Source: Aulosira sp. ZfuVER01 (GTDB taxonomy: Bacteria > Cyanobacteriota > Cyanobacteriia > Cyanobacteriales > Nostocaceae). Taken from it: DNA of 64,000 nucleotides. Under the pieces are notes generated by a model. The model saw nothing but the letters and a program-made list of their open reading frames with translations. It was not told the DNA's origin and searched no databases. The stretch covers positions 160,001-224,000 of the forward strand of contig JAVRCV020000052.1 of NCBI GenBank assembly GCA_034530615.2. Reading direction: 5' to 3'. The translations under genes and the position numbers were made by a program. Positions 9,227-19,105 of the stretch are shown piece after piece. Every line of letters starts with the position of its first letter. Positions within the stretch are counted from its first letter, which is position 1.

Positions 9227-9946
9227 GTGAAAATGGCTAATTTGCAAAGTTTATTTCATGCTCTAGCTTCTGCCAATGATGAACGCAAATTACGACTAGC
9301 TTTCATGGATGAAGTTGGAAAGCATTTTAGCGTGCAACGTTGGGGTATCTACCTTACCGATGAGCAATCCCGGTTAGTTAGTGTCGATGTTCGCGGTGTT
9401 CCTGATTCCTTAGTGGAGCGCTATGAGCAAGTAGGTAGAGCCGTAGATCCCGTCATGCGCTACGTCGTTGAGCGCCATGCACCAGCCCATGAAGAATTGG
9501 TGCTCCCCCCAGGAGGCTGGAAGCAATGCGAACTGTATCAGCATTGTTGCGCGTACTACGACCACGAACACATCATGACAGGCCCCATTGTTGGTGCTGG
9601 TCGCCTGATTGGTACTATTCACTTTGCCCGTATTGGCAATACACCCGCCTTTAGTGGAGAAAATCTTGCTGATTTGAGCGCTTTATCTCTTCATCTGTCA
9701 GCTTGTTTGGCTATGCTCAAACAACAACCGCAAAGATTTTACTCGACCCTAACTAATCGCCTGACTCCCCGTGAATTACAAATTGCTGAGTTGGTAGCCC
9801 AAGGTTTAACTAATGCTGAAATTGGTGCAAAACTTTGGATTACAGAAAATTCAGTTAAGCAAGCCCTTAAAAGAATGTTTCGCAAGTTAGAAGTTGTCAA
9901 TCGTGCTGAAATGGTAGCCAGATTACAAGATGTTTTGACTGCATAG
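9227..9946 (+). CDS. GAF-LuxR HTH transcriptional regulator, copy 2
   Basis: Clear paralogue of 7744-8433 (RYVVERHAPAHE, DHEHxMTGPI, near-identical HTH); alternative ATG at 9233. Confidence 0.9.
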   Translation: MKMANLQSLFHALASANDERKLRLAFMDEVGKHFSVQRWGIYLTDEQSRLVSVDVRGVPDSLVERYEQVGRAVDPVMRYVVERHAPAHEELVLPPGGWKQCELYQHCCAYYDHEHIMTGPIVGAGRLIGTIHFARIGNTPAFSGENLADLSALSLHLSACLAMLKQQPQRFYSTLTNRLTPRELQIAELVAQGLTNAEIGAKLWITENSVKQALKRMFRKLEVVNRAEMVARLQDVLTA

Positions 9947-9957
9947 AGGATGCTTTT

Positions 9958-10596
9958 ATGAACCGCCCACGCATTCTGCAACCAGGTACAAGCTATACAT
10001 TTAGTAAATATTTTGAATTGCCTTATGCGCTAGCCGACATCCTTGCCGAATTTAATTGTACTTATGAACGCAAACGGCTGAATTTACCAAGACATCTAGG
10101 TGAACTTAACTGTTTAGACTTTTTAAGTCGCTATTTGCAAAGAAATTTAACTTACGTTAACCCGATCAGTGAAATGGCAAGACGGGAGGTATTAATTGCC
10201 CCTACCTTATTAGAAATTTGTGCAGAAACTCAAACTCAATTAAATATTGAATATCCGATTAATGTTAACGAACAACTAAAGGGTAGTTTTGACTACTACA
10301 TAAATAGTAATGTGGGAATGTTAGTAGTTGAAGCTAAACAATCAGATTTAGGTCGCGGCTTTACCCAATTAGCCGTAGAATTGATTGCCCTTGACCAATG
10401 GACACAATCACAAACACCTCTGCTTTATGGTGCTGTGACTACAGGAGAAGATTGGCGATTTGGCCTATTTCATCGTCAAGAAAAGTTGATTTCTCAAGAC
10501 TTGAAACTCTATCGCGTTCCTGAAGAATTAGAAGAGTTACTCCGAGTTCTTGTAGGAATTATTGTTGCGCCGAATTGTTATGAACAAATCGCTTAA
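9958..10596 (+). CDS. Hypothetical protein with PD-(D/E)xK nuclease-like motif
   Basis: REVLIAP...GSFDYY...VVEAK...YGAVTTGEDWRF pattern of a common cyanobacterial restriction-fold family. Confidence 0.7.
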   Translation: MNRPRILQPGTSYTFSKYFELPYALADILAEFNCTYERKRLNLPRHLGELNCLDFLSRYLQRNLTYVNPISEMARREVLIAPTLLEICAETQTQLNIEYPINVNEQLKGSFDYYINSNVGMLVVEAKQSDLGRGFTQLAVELIALDQWTQSQTPLLYGAVTTGEDWRFGLFHRQEKLISQDLKLYRVPEELEELLRVLVGIIVAPNCYEQIA

Positions 10597-10668
10597 AATA
10601 AAGAATATTACTATTCATTTAGCAAATCAGCTTGTATGTAATTAAGCGTACCAAATATTACAAGTTTG

Positions 10669-10702
10669 GGGTGTAGGCTGTTGTGAGAGTTTACCTACAC
10701 CC
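10669..10702. terminator. Hairpin between convergent genes
   Basis: gggtgtagg ... cctacaccc 9-bp stem. Confidence 0.55.
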
Positions 10703-10728
10703 ACGAACAAAAACTGTAGCAGCCGATA

Positions 10729-11208
10729 TTAAGACCTTTGCGCTACACTCACACCTTCTGCTTTGGCTGGTATGATAATGCCATAGTAAAGAGCTGCGAT
10801 CGCAGCTAGAGCATTCACCAAAACATTGTTACCAAATAGTGGCATAAAACCGAAAAAGGTTTTAGCAAATGGCAACAATCCCATGATTGCCAACGCAATA
10901 TAAGCTAAGGCAAAACCACGATTAAAAATGCGGGAGCTGCTAGCGCTGAGAAAAGAAGAAATTCCCCACAAACCTACGCCGCAACGTACAATATTATGCA
11001 AGAAATTGGTGGGAAATAACCCAAATATATAGCCAAATCCCGCAGCATAAACGGTAGGAGCTTCATTAAGCGGGATATAAGATGCATCAGTTCCTGGTAC
11101 TGAAACTAAAGCTGGGATAAATCCAGCTAAACCTAACAGTAAATAGACAATTCCAATTGACAAAGCGCAGTAACGCTCTGCCATGTTTGCCGCATTCGTG
11201 TTTTCCAT
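10729..11208 (-). CDS. DUF4383-like membrane protein
   Basis: Four hydrophobic segments; GFIP, FGLFPTNFLHNIV motifs. Confidence 0.75.
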   Translation of the reverse strand: MENTNAANMAERYCALSIGIVYLLLGLAGFIPALVSVPGTDASYIPLNEAPTVYAAGFGYIFGLFPTNFLHNIVRCGVGLWGISSFLSASSSRIFNRGFALAYIALAIMGLLPFAKTFFGFMPLFGNNVLVNALAAIAALYYGIIIPAKAEGVSVAQRS

Positions 11209-11515
11209 CTTCTCTTTTACCTCTAATTTCTGAGATTCTTCACAAAATCCAATCTGTTGATTGAAATATTACTGCCACCAACTTCTTGAAAGAATAAACA
11301 GTAGTTCTCTCAACTCGGTAGTTTGGCAATATATAACACTTCCTATTCAACTTAGATTCTGTTAGGTTATCTCTATCGGAAGGAGGGATTAAAAATTATT
11401 AGCTAGATAAATCTCACACTGTTTTGAATTTTAACTGCTTTTTCTTTTTTTCTTTACAAGTTACTGTTTAGACAAGATAAATTTCAAATACACCAACAGC
11501 ATTAACAAAACAGAC

Positions 11516-12424
11516 ATGACACAGCAAACAACCGCAGAACGAATTATCTTAGTTACCGGAGCCACGGGAAATCAGGGCGGTGCGGTGGCGCGTCATCTTT
11601 TAAAGCGTGGAAACTTCAAGGTGCGTGCCTTTGTGCGCGATCCAAACAAGCCCCCTGCCCAAGCACTCCAACAAGCGGGGGCAGAACTCGTAGTAGGAGA
11701 TTTCGGCGATCGCGCTTCCCTTGATCGCGCTCTACAAGATGCCTGGGGCGTTTTTTCGGTGCAGACCTTCTTTCAAGGCGGATTGTCAGCCGAAATCCGT
11801 GATGGCAAGGTGGTCGCAGACGCGGCGAAAGCAGTGAGCATTCAGCATTTCGTCTACAGTTCAGTAGGGAGCGCAGAACGCAACACGGGCATTCCCCATT
11901 TCGACAGCAAGTTTCAAGTCGAAGAATACATTCGATCGCTTGATTTGCCCTACACGATAATGCGTCCAGTTTTCTTCTTTTACAATTACAACGCGATGCG
12001 TTCAATGATTGAGCAGGGAACGCTTTTCCAACCGCTCAGTCCTGACAGAAAATTGCAGCAGATTTCCGAAGAAGATTACGGGGAAATGGTCGCCGAAGTG
12101 TTCGAGCGTTCCGCAGATTTCTTGAATCGCGAAAAGGAAGTCGCAGGTGTAGACATGACCATGACAGAAATCGCTGCCGCATTCAGCCGCGTTCTAGGCA
12201 AACCCGTCAGCTACCAACAAATTCCGTTTGAAGCTTTTGAGCAGCAAGTCGGAGAGGAAGTAACCACGATGTATCGCTGGTTTGAGAACGTTGGCTACGG
12301 AGCAAATTTTGCCGAGTTGAAGCGCGATTTTCCTGAACCAACGACCGACTTTGAATCCTATCTACGCGATCGCGGTTGGGTAAAACCAGATGCAAGCGCG
12401 TCCGACGTTGGGGCAAAAATGTGA
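11516..12424 (+). CDS. NmrA/HSCARG family NAD(P)-binding protein
   Basis: VTGATGNQGGAVA Rossmann motif, GIPHFDSK, RPVFF. Confidence 0.9.
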   Translation: MTQQTTAERIILVTGATGNQGGAVARHLLKRGNFKVRAFVRDPNKPPAQALQQAGAELVVGDFGDRASLDRALQDAWGVFSVQTFFQGGLSAEIRDGKVVADAAKAVSIQHFVYSSVGSAERNTGIPHFDSKFQVEEYIRSLDLPYTIMRPVFFFYNYNAMRSMIEQGTLFQPLSPDRKLQQISEEDYGEMVAEVFERSADFLNREKEVAGVDMTMTEIAAAFSRVLGKPVSYQQIPFEAFEQQVGEEVTTMYRWFENVGYGANFAELKRDFPEPTTDFESYLRDRGWVKPDASASDVGAKM

Positions 12425-12483
12425 ACTGACAATTACAGCCCGATTAGAACCGGAACCTGCTAACTATTCTCAAAGAGCAAACG

Positions 12484-12597
12484 ATGCGATTATTGAATAA
12501 AACCGTAATTTTTACTGGTGCCACCAGAGGAATTGGTAGCGCAATCAGCACCGCTTTTTGTCGGATGCAGCTGGCAAATGGTAGGTCTGGTCCCTAA
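12484..12597 (+). pseudogene. 5' fragment of a short-chain dehydrogenase/reductase
   Basis: Translates MRLLNKTVIFTGATRGIGSAISTAF... (TGxxxGIG) then stops after 37 codons. Confidence 0.7.
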
Positions 12598-12626
12598 ACG
12601 GTTTTCTTGCGTACACGACCTACCGC

Positions 12627-12677
12627 CCGCAGGCTGGAAGCCTGCGGCTATAGTTACAAAGCCCACCTTGGTGGGCT
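12627..12677. repeat. REP-like double hairpin
   Basis: ccgcaggct-gga-agcctgcgg followed by agcccacc-tt-ggtgggct. Confidence 0.6.
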
Positions 12678-12794
12678 GAATTCTTTAGGTTAAAATCTTG
12701 TTTTACTTTTCTTAGAGATTAAGTCTCTACAAAACATGGAGTTTCTCCCGTTAATTCCCCTCTTCTGAAACTAGAAGAGGGGATAGGGGTGAGA

Positions 12795-14534
12795 TTACGC
12801 TGGATAAATTCTTAAGCGGCGATTTGGTTCTTCACCAAAACTATGGGACTTGAGCCGATAATGTTCTACCAACTCATGTTGCATTTTGCGGACTTGGGGA
12901 GAACGGGGCAATAACTCAACTGGCTGTCCTTTGGGAATCACAATCTGCTCTACAGCAAGTCTAGCTTCTTCTAGGGCATCCATTTCGTCATCGCTACCAC
13001 TGTGCAATAGCAGTTGCAGTTCTCGGTCATCGGCGATTTCTGGGTCATCCATGTTCAGCAAGCGCCGCAAGCCACGGGTAATTTGCGGAATTGTGCTGGA
13101 CTTAATCATGTGGATTGGGACATGACGAGCTTTGGCCATTTGCCTGAGTTTGGCATGATTTTTGACGTGCGATCGCAGCGCCAAAATTGCATCAGCACTA
13201 TCGATATCTTTTGTCAATACTACTGGCAAAGATAGCACGCTGATTACCTGCTCCAATTGATGGCGGCTAACGCCATAGGGGTAAACGTGCAGTGGCAAAT
13301 CTTCACCATTTGGCCCCGGCTGTTTGCTGGCACTAAAATCAATGGTATCGGCGTAATTAAATGACTCATCTAGCAAGCGGTCAAATTCACTGCGTCCAGT
13401 AACTCTTTCCCGCTCTACAGAAGGGGGTGGCAAGGCTACCATTTGTCCGGATGAACGCCAGCCATTGGCTTGTCGAGATCCAGAAAAAGAATCTTCGCCA
13501 CCTGCTTGATGTCCACCACCGCGACCATTGACTACTGACAGCTGGCGGGTAACTGATATCTTGCCTTGCTCGTCAACAGTTCTGGTTTGCGGGCTAGGCT
13601 GGCGTCCCCTCAGCAGAGTATCTACCGTGTCAGCAACGCTTTCGTGTACTACCCAGCGTTGCCGTTCTAACATTTCCACAGCAATCTCAAAAGTAGGAGG
13701 GGCTTTGCGTTCCAAAACAGTCTTTTGACTGCCTCGGCGTCTTGCTTCGTCATCTCCTAAAGTCACCGCTTGGATACCCCCCACCAAGTCAGAAAGTGTG
13801 GGGTTTTTAATCAGGTTTTCTATCTGGTTGCCATGCGCTGTACCTACTAGCTGCACACCTCGTTCCGCAATGGTACGAGCTGCCAAGGCTTCCAGTTCTG
13901 TGCCAATTTCATCAATCACGATGACTTCTGGCATATGGTTTTCTACTGCTTCAATCATCACTTGATGCTGAAGCTCTGGATGAGCTACTTGCATCCTTCT
14001 GGCGCGACCAATGGCGGGGTGGGCAACATCACCATCCCCAGCAATTTCGTTCGAGGTGTCGATAATTACTACTCGTTTATTGAGTTCATCAGCCAAAACC
14101 CGGGCAATTTCCCGTAAGGCAGTAGTTTTACCGACTCCTGGCCGCCCCAGCATGAGAATCGATCTACCAGTTTCTACCAAATCGCGAATCATGCCAATTG
14201 TGCCGAATACCGCTCGACCAACCCGACAAGTTAAACCAATTATCTTGCCTGTGCGGTTGCGGATGGCGCTGATCCGGTGCAAAGTTTGCTCAATTCCTGC
14301 CCGATTATCTCCGCCAAAGGTTCCGACTCGCTGAATGCAATCATCTATCTGTTCTTGAGTGACGGGCTGTTCGCTCAGATACTCAGCTTGATTAGGAAAG
14401 CGAGCCTCTGGGCGACGGCCCAGATCCAAGACTACTTCAACTAAACTATCTCGTTTAGGATGATCCTCTAGTACTTGTCGTAAGTCTTGGGGCAAAATGT
14501 CTAACAACTTTTGGAGATCGTCTGTAATCGTCAT
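12795..14534 (-). CDS. ycf45: Ycf45-like AAA ATPase with C-terminal R3H domain
   Basis: GRPGVGKT Walker A, IDTSNEIAGDGD, VIDEIG, C-terminal RKMQH R3H motif. Confidence 0.85.
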   Translation of the reverse strand: MTITDDLQKLLDILPQDLRQVLEDHPKRDSLVEVVLDLGRRPEARFPNQAEYLSEQPVTQEQIDDCIQRVGTFGGDNRAGIEQTLHRISAIRNRTGKIIGLTCRVGRAVFGTIGMIRDLVETGRSILMLGRPGVGKTTALREIARVLADELNKRVVIIDTSNEIAGDGDVAHPAIGRARRMQVAHPELQHQVMIEAVENHMPEVIVIDEIGTELEALAARTIAERGVQLVGTAHGNQIENLIKNPTLSDLVGGIQAVTLGDDEARRRGSQKTVLERKAPPTFEIAVEMLERQRWVVHESVADTVDTLLRGRQPSPQTRTVDEQGKISVTRQLSVVNGRGGGHQAGGEDSFSGSRQANGWRSSGQMVALPPPSVERERVTGRSEFDRLLDESFNYADTIDFSASKQPGPNGEDLPLHVYPYGVSRHQLEQVISVLSLPVVLTKDIDSADAILALRSHVKNHAKLRQMAKARHVPIHMIKSSTIPQITRGLRRLLNMDDPEIADDRELQLLLHSGSDDEMDALEEARLAVEQIVIPKGQPVELLPRSPQVRKMQHELVEHYRLKSHSFGEEPNRRLRIYPA

Positions 14535-14578
14535 GCTTTCTATGGTGACGTTTTTAGAGATAACGAACGAGCGGTTGG

Positions 14579-15766
14579 TTAGCGCTCCTGTTGAGACTTG
14601 AGCTGGGAAACGAGAGAATGGGCAAGCTCTACAGCCTGCCAGAGTAGTACATCGTCTTCTTCCAGGCGGACAGTCGCCTTAACATTAGTTTGACTCACCT
14701 CCTTATTTTCTAACTGTTCAAGAATCGGTGACAGCAGTACACGGGCGTAGCTACCGTAGGCCACGCCAGCAATTGAGGACGCGGAGAGTGGGAGACGTTC
14801 TGACGCGGTGAGGGAGTTAGAGGAAACATTCCCCGCGTCTCCGTGTCTCTGTGTCCCCGTGTCCTCTTCCCTTGCTTCCTTCAGCAGTCCCATTGCCTTT
14901 AACTTGGCAACAGTGTAGCTGTTGGTGCCACCTGCTAACTGCACATATCCCGGTAACTTAGCTGCCAAAACTTTTTGTCCTAATTTCACCGCTGCTAAAG
15001 TAGTGCCGTCGCCAATATCTCCGCTCATCGGACGGCCATCTGTCTGCCAAATTAAGGCTTGAGGACGCGGGTGAATCAGGTCATTCAGTGCATGAAGGTA
15101 ATCAATCATCCCTTCGCCGTCGGGACAGCTAATCGCTACTACCTTTAATTTATCTACCCAAGGTGAAATTGCTTGCCATAGTCGCTGAAATTCTGCATAA
15201 CGCCCTACCTGTGTATGAATTTCTACAGCATCTACTCCTGTTGACATCACTAATGGTGCGATCGCTCCTGGCGTTGACATATATGAGCTTGTATAAATTA
15301 TATCATAAGGACAAATTGGTATGCAACGACCACAGCCGTAGCACTTTTGTGATACTACACCTGAGTAGTTATCTTTTATACTGTTAAACACAATTGCTTG
15401 TGCTGGACAAATTTTTTCACAGGGACGAGGGCAGTCTTTAGGGCACTCAGTAGGATTAAACTCTGCTTTGCGAAAATGGGGGTCTTCTCCATCATTGAGG
15501 CTAACCATCAACAATGGTAAGTTTCCTTTATAGCCAAAGCCTCGCTTCTGAGCATCCCTAGCTAGATTGCTGGCTACTTGTAGCGCTGCTTGTGCTGCTG
15601 CAATCACCGCCGGATCGGCAGCCACATCTATACAGTCAGCGCCCGCCAAAGTGTAGGCTAATGTTAAACTTCTGACCGCAGGCAGATGTTGGAAACTGGC
15701 TCCACAGATGAGTTTGAACCAGTGACCTTCTTTGAGAGATTGTAAAGGGATAAACAGATCAGTCAC
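14579..15766 (-). CDS. ldpA: Circadian input Fe-S protein LdpA
   Basis: WFKLICGAS N-terminus, two 4Fe-4S Cys clusters (CPKDCPRPCEKICP, CYGCGRCIPICP), DGRPMSGDIG; adjacent to ycf45. Confidence 0.92.
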   Translation of the reverse strand: MTDLFIPLQSLKEGHWFKLICGASFQHLPAVRSLTLAYTLAGADCIDVAADPAVIAAAQAALQVASNLARDAQKRGFGYKGNLPLLMVSLNDGEDPHFRKAEFNPTECPKDCPRPCEKICPAQAIVFNSIKDNYSGVVSQKCYGCGRCIPICPYDIIYTSSYMSTPGAIAPLVMSTGVDAVEIHTQVGRYAEFQRLWQAISPWVDKLKVVAISCPDGEGMIDYLHALNDLIHPRPQALIWQTDGRPMSGDIGDGTTLAAVKLGQKVLAAKLPGYVQLAGGTNSYTVAKLKAMGLLKEAREEDTGTQRHGDAGNVSSNSLTASERLPLSASSIAGVAYGSYARVLLSPILEQLENKEVSQTNVKATVRLEEDDVLLWQAVELAHSLVSQLKSQQER

Positions 15767-16058
15767 TCTTCTATTATGCTTTTATAGGACTGAAAAATGT
15801 AGTCTCTTATAGAGAAAAAATCCGGATTTCCTCATTTCTACTTCTGAGGGATTTTACCCAGAAATTGCAGATTTGGCTGTCAACCCTTGCTAGAAATAGA
15901 TTTCACGGTTGCTTCAGTATGATATGTACCCTTTGGCTCTGATTACGAAATATCAATAAAAACTATCAATAATTCAAAATGGAAGAACTTAATTACAGCA
16001 AGGAGAAGAGCTACTGAGTGCATCTCAATCCAATGGGTTTAAGCTGATGATTATGTAT

Positions 16059-17399
16059 TTAAGTGTATTCAGGTTGTTCTACAGGAATTTCCAGCATAAA
16101 CTTGGCTCCTTGTCCTGGGGATGAGGAACAAGTTATCTGTCCTTGATGCTTTTGCACCACAATTTGATAGCTAATTGACAATCCTAGCCCACTGCCTTTG
16201 CCTACAGGTTTTGTGGTAAAAAATGGATCGAATAAACGCGATCGCAATGATTCCTCTATACCAGGGCCATTATCTGCGATCGCAATCTTGACTGTATTCG
16301 CTGCTGTCACCTCTGTATGAATTTGAATTTGCGGATTTGTGGTTGATAGGGTGAAGTGAGGAAGATGCTCGTTTTCTTGGTTCTCAGTTGTTTGCTGATT
16401 CATCGCCAAGCCATCTAACGCATCAATCGCATTATTTAACAAATGCATAAATACTTGGTTGATTTCACTGGCATAGCAAGTAACTAAGGGCAAATTTCCA
16501 TAATCTTTAAATATAGCAATAGCGGGACGATCCACAGTTTCCCGCAGTCGATGCTCTAACATGAGCAAAGCGCTGTCGATACCATCATGGATATTCACCT
16601 GTTTCATTACAGCTTCATCATGTCTGGAAAAGTTTTGTAGTGCTAATACAATGTTTGTGATGCGCTCTGCACCTCTATACATAGCACCCATGAGAGTTTG
16701 CAGATCCTTCGTGACAAAATTTAAATCTATATCTTTAACTATTTTTTCAATCTTAGGAGTAGGTTGGGGATATTCTTGTTGATATGCAGTAATAATATTT
16801 ACTAAATCTTGGATATACTGACCAGCATATTGGAGATTGCCATAGATAAAACTGATCGGGTTATTAACTTCATGAGCAATTCCTGCTACTAACTGTCCCA
16901 GGGCTACCATCTTTTCGTTTTGAATTTGTTGAACTTGAGCAGCTTTCAAACTATCAAGAGCCTCTTTTAGTAAAAGATTTTTTTCTTGCAGTTTAATTTG
17001 GAACAACCGTAAATTAATTTGATTTTCAATTCGCAATATAACTTCTGCTCCATGAAAAGGTTTAGTAATATAATCAGCACCTCCGACCTCAAAGGCTTTA
17101 ACTTTATCTAAAACATCATCTAAGGCACTAATAAAAATGACAGGCACTTCAGCAGTAATTTTGTCACTTTTAAGTTGCTGACAAACTTGATATCCATCCA
17201 TCTCTGGCATATTAATATCAAGTAAAATCACATCAGGTAAAACCATTCGGCAGGCGGTGAGTGCTATTTTTCCATTTAAAGCTTTGCGAACTTCATAGCC
17301 TTGGGCTGTTAACATTGCTGATAATAGACGCAAGTTATTTGGTGTATCATCGACCACCAAAATATTGCCTTTCTGATTGTTGTTATTACTTAAATTCAT
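16059..17399 (-). CDS. Hybrid REC-histidine kinase (NtrB-like HisKA, HATPase)
   Basis: ILVVDD REC, AGIAHEVNNP H-box, DNGPG, FFTTKPVGKGSGLGL; start chosen at MNLSNN. Confidence 0.9.
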   Translation of the reverse strand: MNLSNNNNQKGNILVVDDTPNNLRLLSAMLTAQGYEVRKALNGKIALTACRMVLPDVILLDINMPEMDGYQVCQQLKSDKITAEVPVIFISALDDVLDKVKAFEVGGADYITKPFHGAEVILRIENQINLRLFQIKLQEKNLLLKEALDSLKAAQVQQIQNEKMVALGQLVAGIAHEVNNPISFIYGNLQYAGQYIQDLVNIITAYQQEYPQPTPKIEKIVKDIDLNFVTKDLQTLMGAMYRGAERITNIVLALQNFSRHDEAVMKQVNIHDGIDSALLMLEHRLRETVDRPAIAIFKDYGNLPLVTCYASEINQVFMHLLNNAIDALDGLAMNQQTTENQENEHLPHFTLSTTNPQIQIHTEVTAANTVKIAIADNGPGIEESLRSRLFDPFFTTKPVGKGSGLGLSISYQIVVQKHQGQITCSSSPGQGAKFMLEIPVEQPEYT

Positions 17400-17631
17400 T
17401 TGTAAATAAACTATAGCTTGAGAATAAAAAACCACGTCCAAGATTGGACATGGTTTTTGGGCATAAGGCTTATGGAATTAGTCATTAGGAAACCTTCTCC
17501 ATGCCCTATACCCCAAGCAAAGAGGCACCTATCTTCCTCACCTATGAAAGAATGAAGTTTCTCGCCGCTTTCGATCGGGGATAAAAACAGTAAATGCATA
17601 TTTTGACAAATTGTTAAGCTTGCCTTCTCAA

Positions 17632-19105
17632 TTAAGGAGACTTTTTGGCAGAAGAATTTGGTAATTTTACTCCAGCCCAAATAATAAGTGGCTGTCCAAC
17701 TTGTTTATAAAGCAAACTTTCAAGAATTAAACCGTTATTATTAGCAGTCAAGGCTTGATTAGGCTGCTTCAAAGACTCATAAAAGCCGTTATACCATCCT
17801 TTATCTGACTTAAGGTTTGTTTGGACAAAATTCAACAATTGACGAGTGTAAGCAGTGTTATAAAGTACATGCCAGCCGATAGCTACTTTAGTACTGAGGA
17901 ATCGCAAATTATTGTATTTTTCTTGAGTATCTGTAATAGTTACCCAAGCTTCTCCGTTGACAAACAAACTGTTATAAACAAAATAGGGAGGACGATCTAA
18001 GTTGTCTTTTGTAACAGCTGTTAATTGTTTTGTGGTGAGATAACGAGATTCTTGAGCAGCTAAAATGCGATCTGCATAAGCTTTAGGTAAAGCTTGAAAT
18101 CCAGTTTCAATACCATCAAGAATATAAGGTTCGCTGAGAACGTAGTTATTCGCTCCTGAATTTTCGTAGTTCCGTTGGTCGTAAGGTACACCCTTGCCGT
18201 AGAGATTAACAAAAGCGACATGGGACTGATAATTTAATGCTTGTTTAACATTCAATCCCCAGATTTTTAGACCATAAGCAGCATAATTCTCATAGCCTAA
18301 GCGTCCTTCTTGGTGGTACTGCTCTTTACCGTTGCTCAGGGTAGTACCATAAATTTGTTCGTTGTTTGTAAGACGTTGAACTTGCCAATGCTGCCAGACA
18401 GCTTCTGTTTTCGATTGCAAGTGTGGATATTTTGCCCCGACAATCTTGAGCCAGATTGCCATCCGTCCCAAATCAATAGCTGACCAGCCAATTTCTGCTC
18501 TTGTTTCTAATTGACCGTAATTTATCGGTATGAGAGTTTGTGAATTGTAGACTTTATTGGGGAGTTCTCCTTTATATAAAGAGATAGATGCTAGAGTCTG
18601 CAACATTCGACTCATTTTGGTTTCAAATTCTAATGCAGAGACAATTTTGAGTTCTCTAGCACTGACCAAAGCAGCGCAAGCAGCTGCTTGATCCCACATT
18701 GTCACAGAAGTAAATCCATCAACCGAGTTCACCAAGCCTGTGGTGTCGTTCCAGTTACGCTGAAAGTATAACCAAGCCTGATGAGCGATCGCAATTTCTT
18801 CTGGGGTTAATGTTCCGACTCCAGGTGCGATATAAGGAGTTTTACTGATAATCGCCTGACTAGGAGTAATAGGCGTACCAGGTAATACCAACGATTGAGC
18901 GTCAAGTTTGGCAATTGCTTGTACTGCATTGCCAGAGGTATCAGAGTGAGATGTCGAGATTTCCGTTTTTAGCACAGTACCAGTACTATAAAGCAGGTTA
19001 GATCAATAATTGAAACCAGCGATAGCGATTATAGCTGAACTACCCCTTCTACGGAAGCTATTATTGATTTAGCTTTTAGGCGGTGAGCGAACGTCATGCT
19101 GTCAT
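17632..19105 (-). pseudogene. DUF3131 family putative glycoside hydrolase with disrupted 5' end
   Basis: AWLYFQRNWN..TGLVNS, TMWD, ELPNKVY, GWSAIDLGR, EGRLGYE motifs in ORF 17632-18975; upstream in-frame TGA at 19003-19005 and frameshifts break a hydrophobic leader. Confidence 0.6.

Noticed and set aside
15821..15826. Perfect TCCGGA upstream of ldpA as a DIF1 promoter
   Set aside because: No GTA-type -10 at 18-nt spacing on either strand
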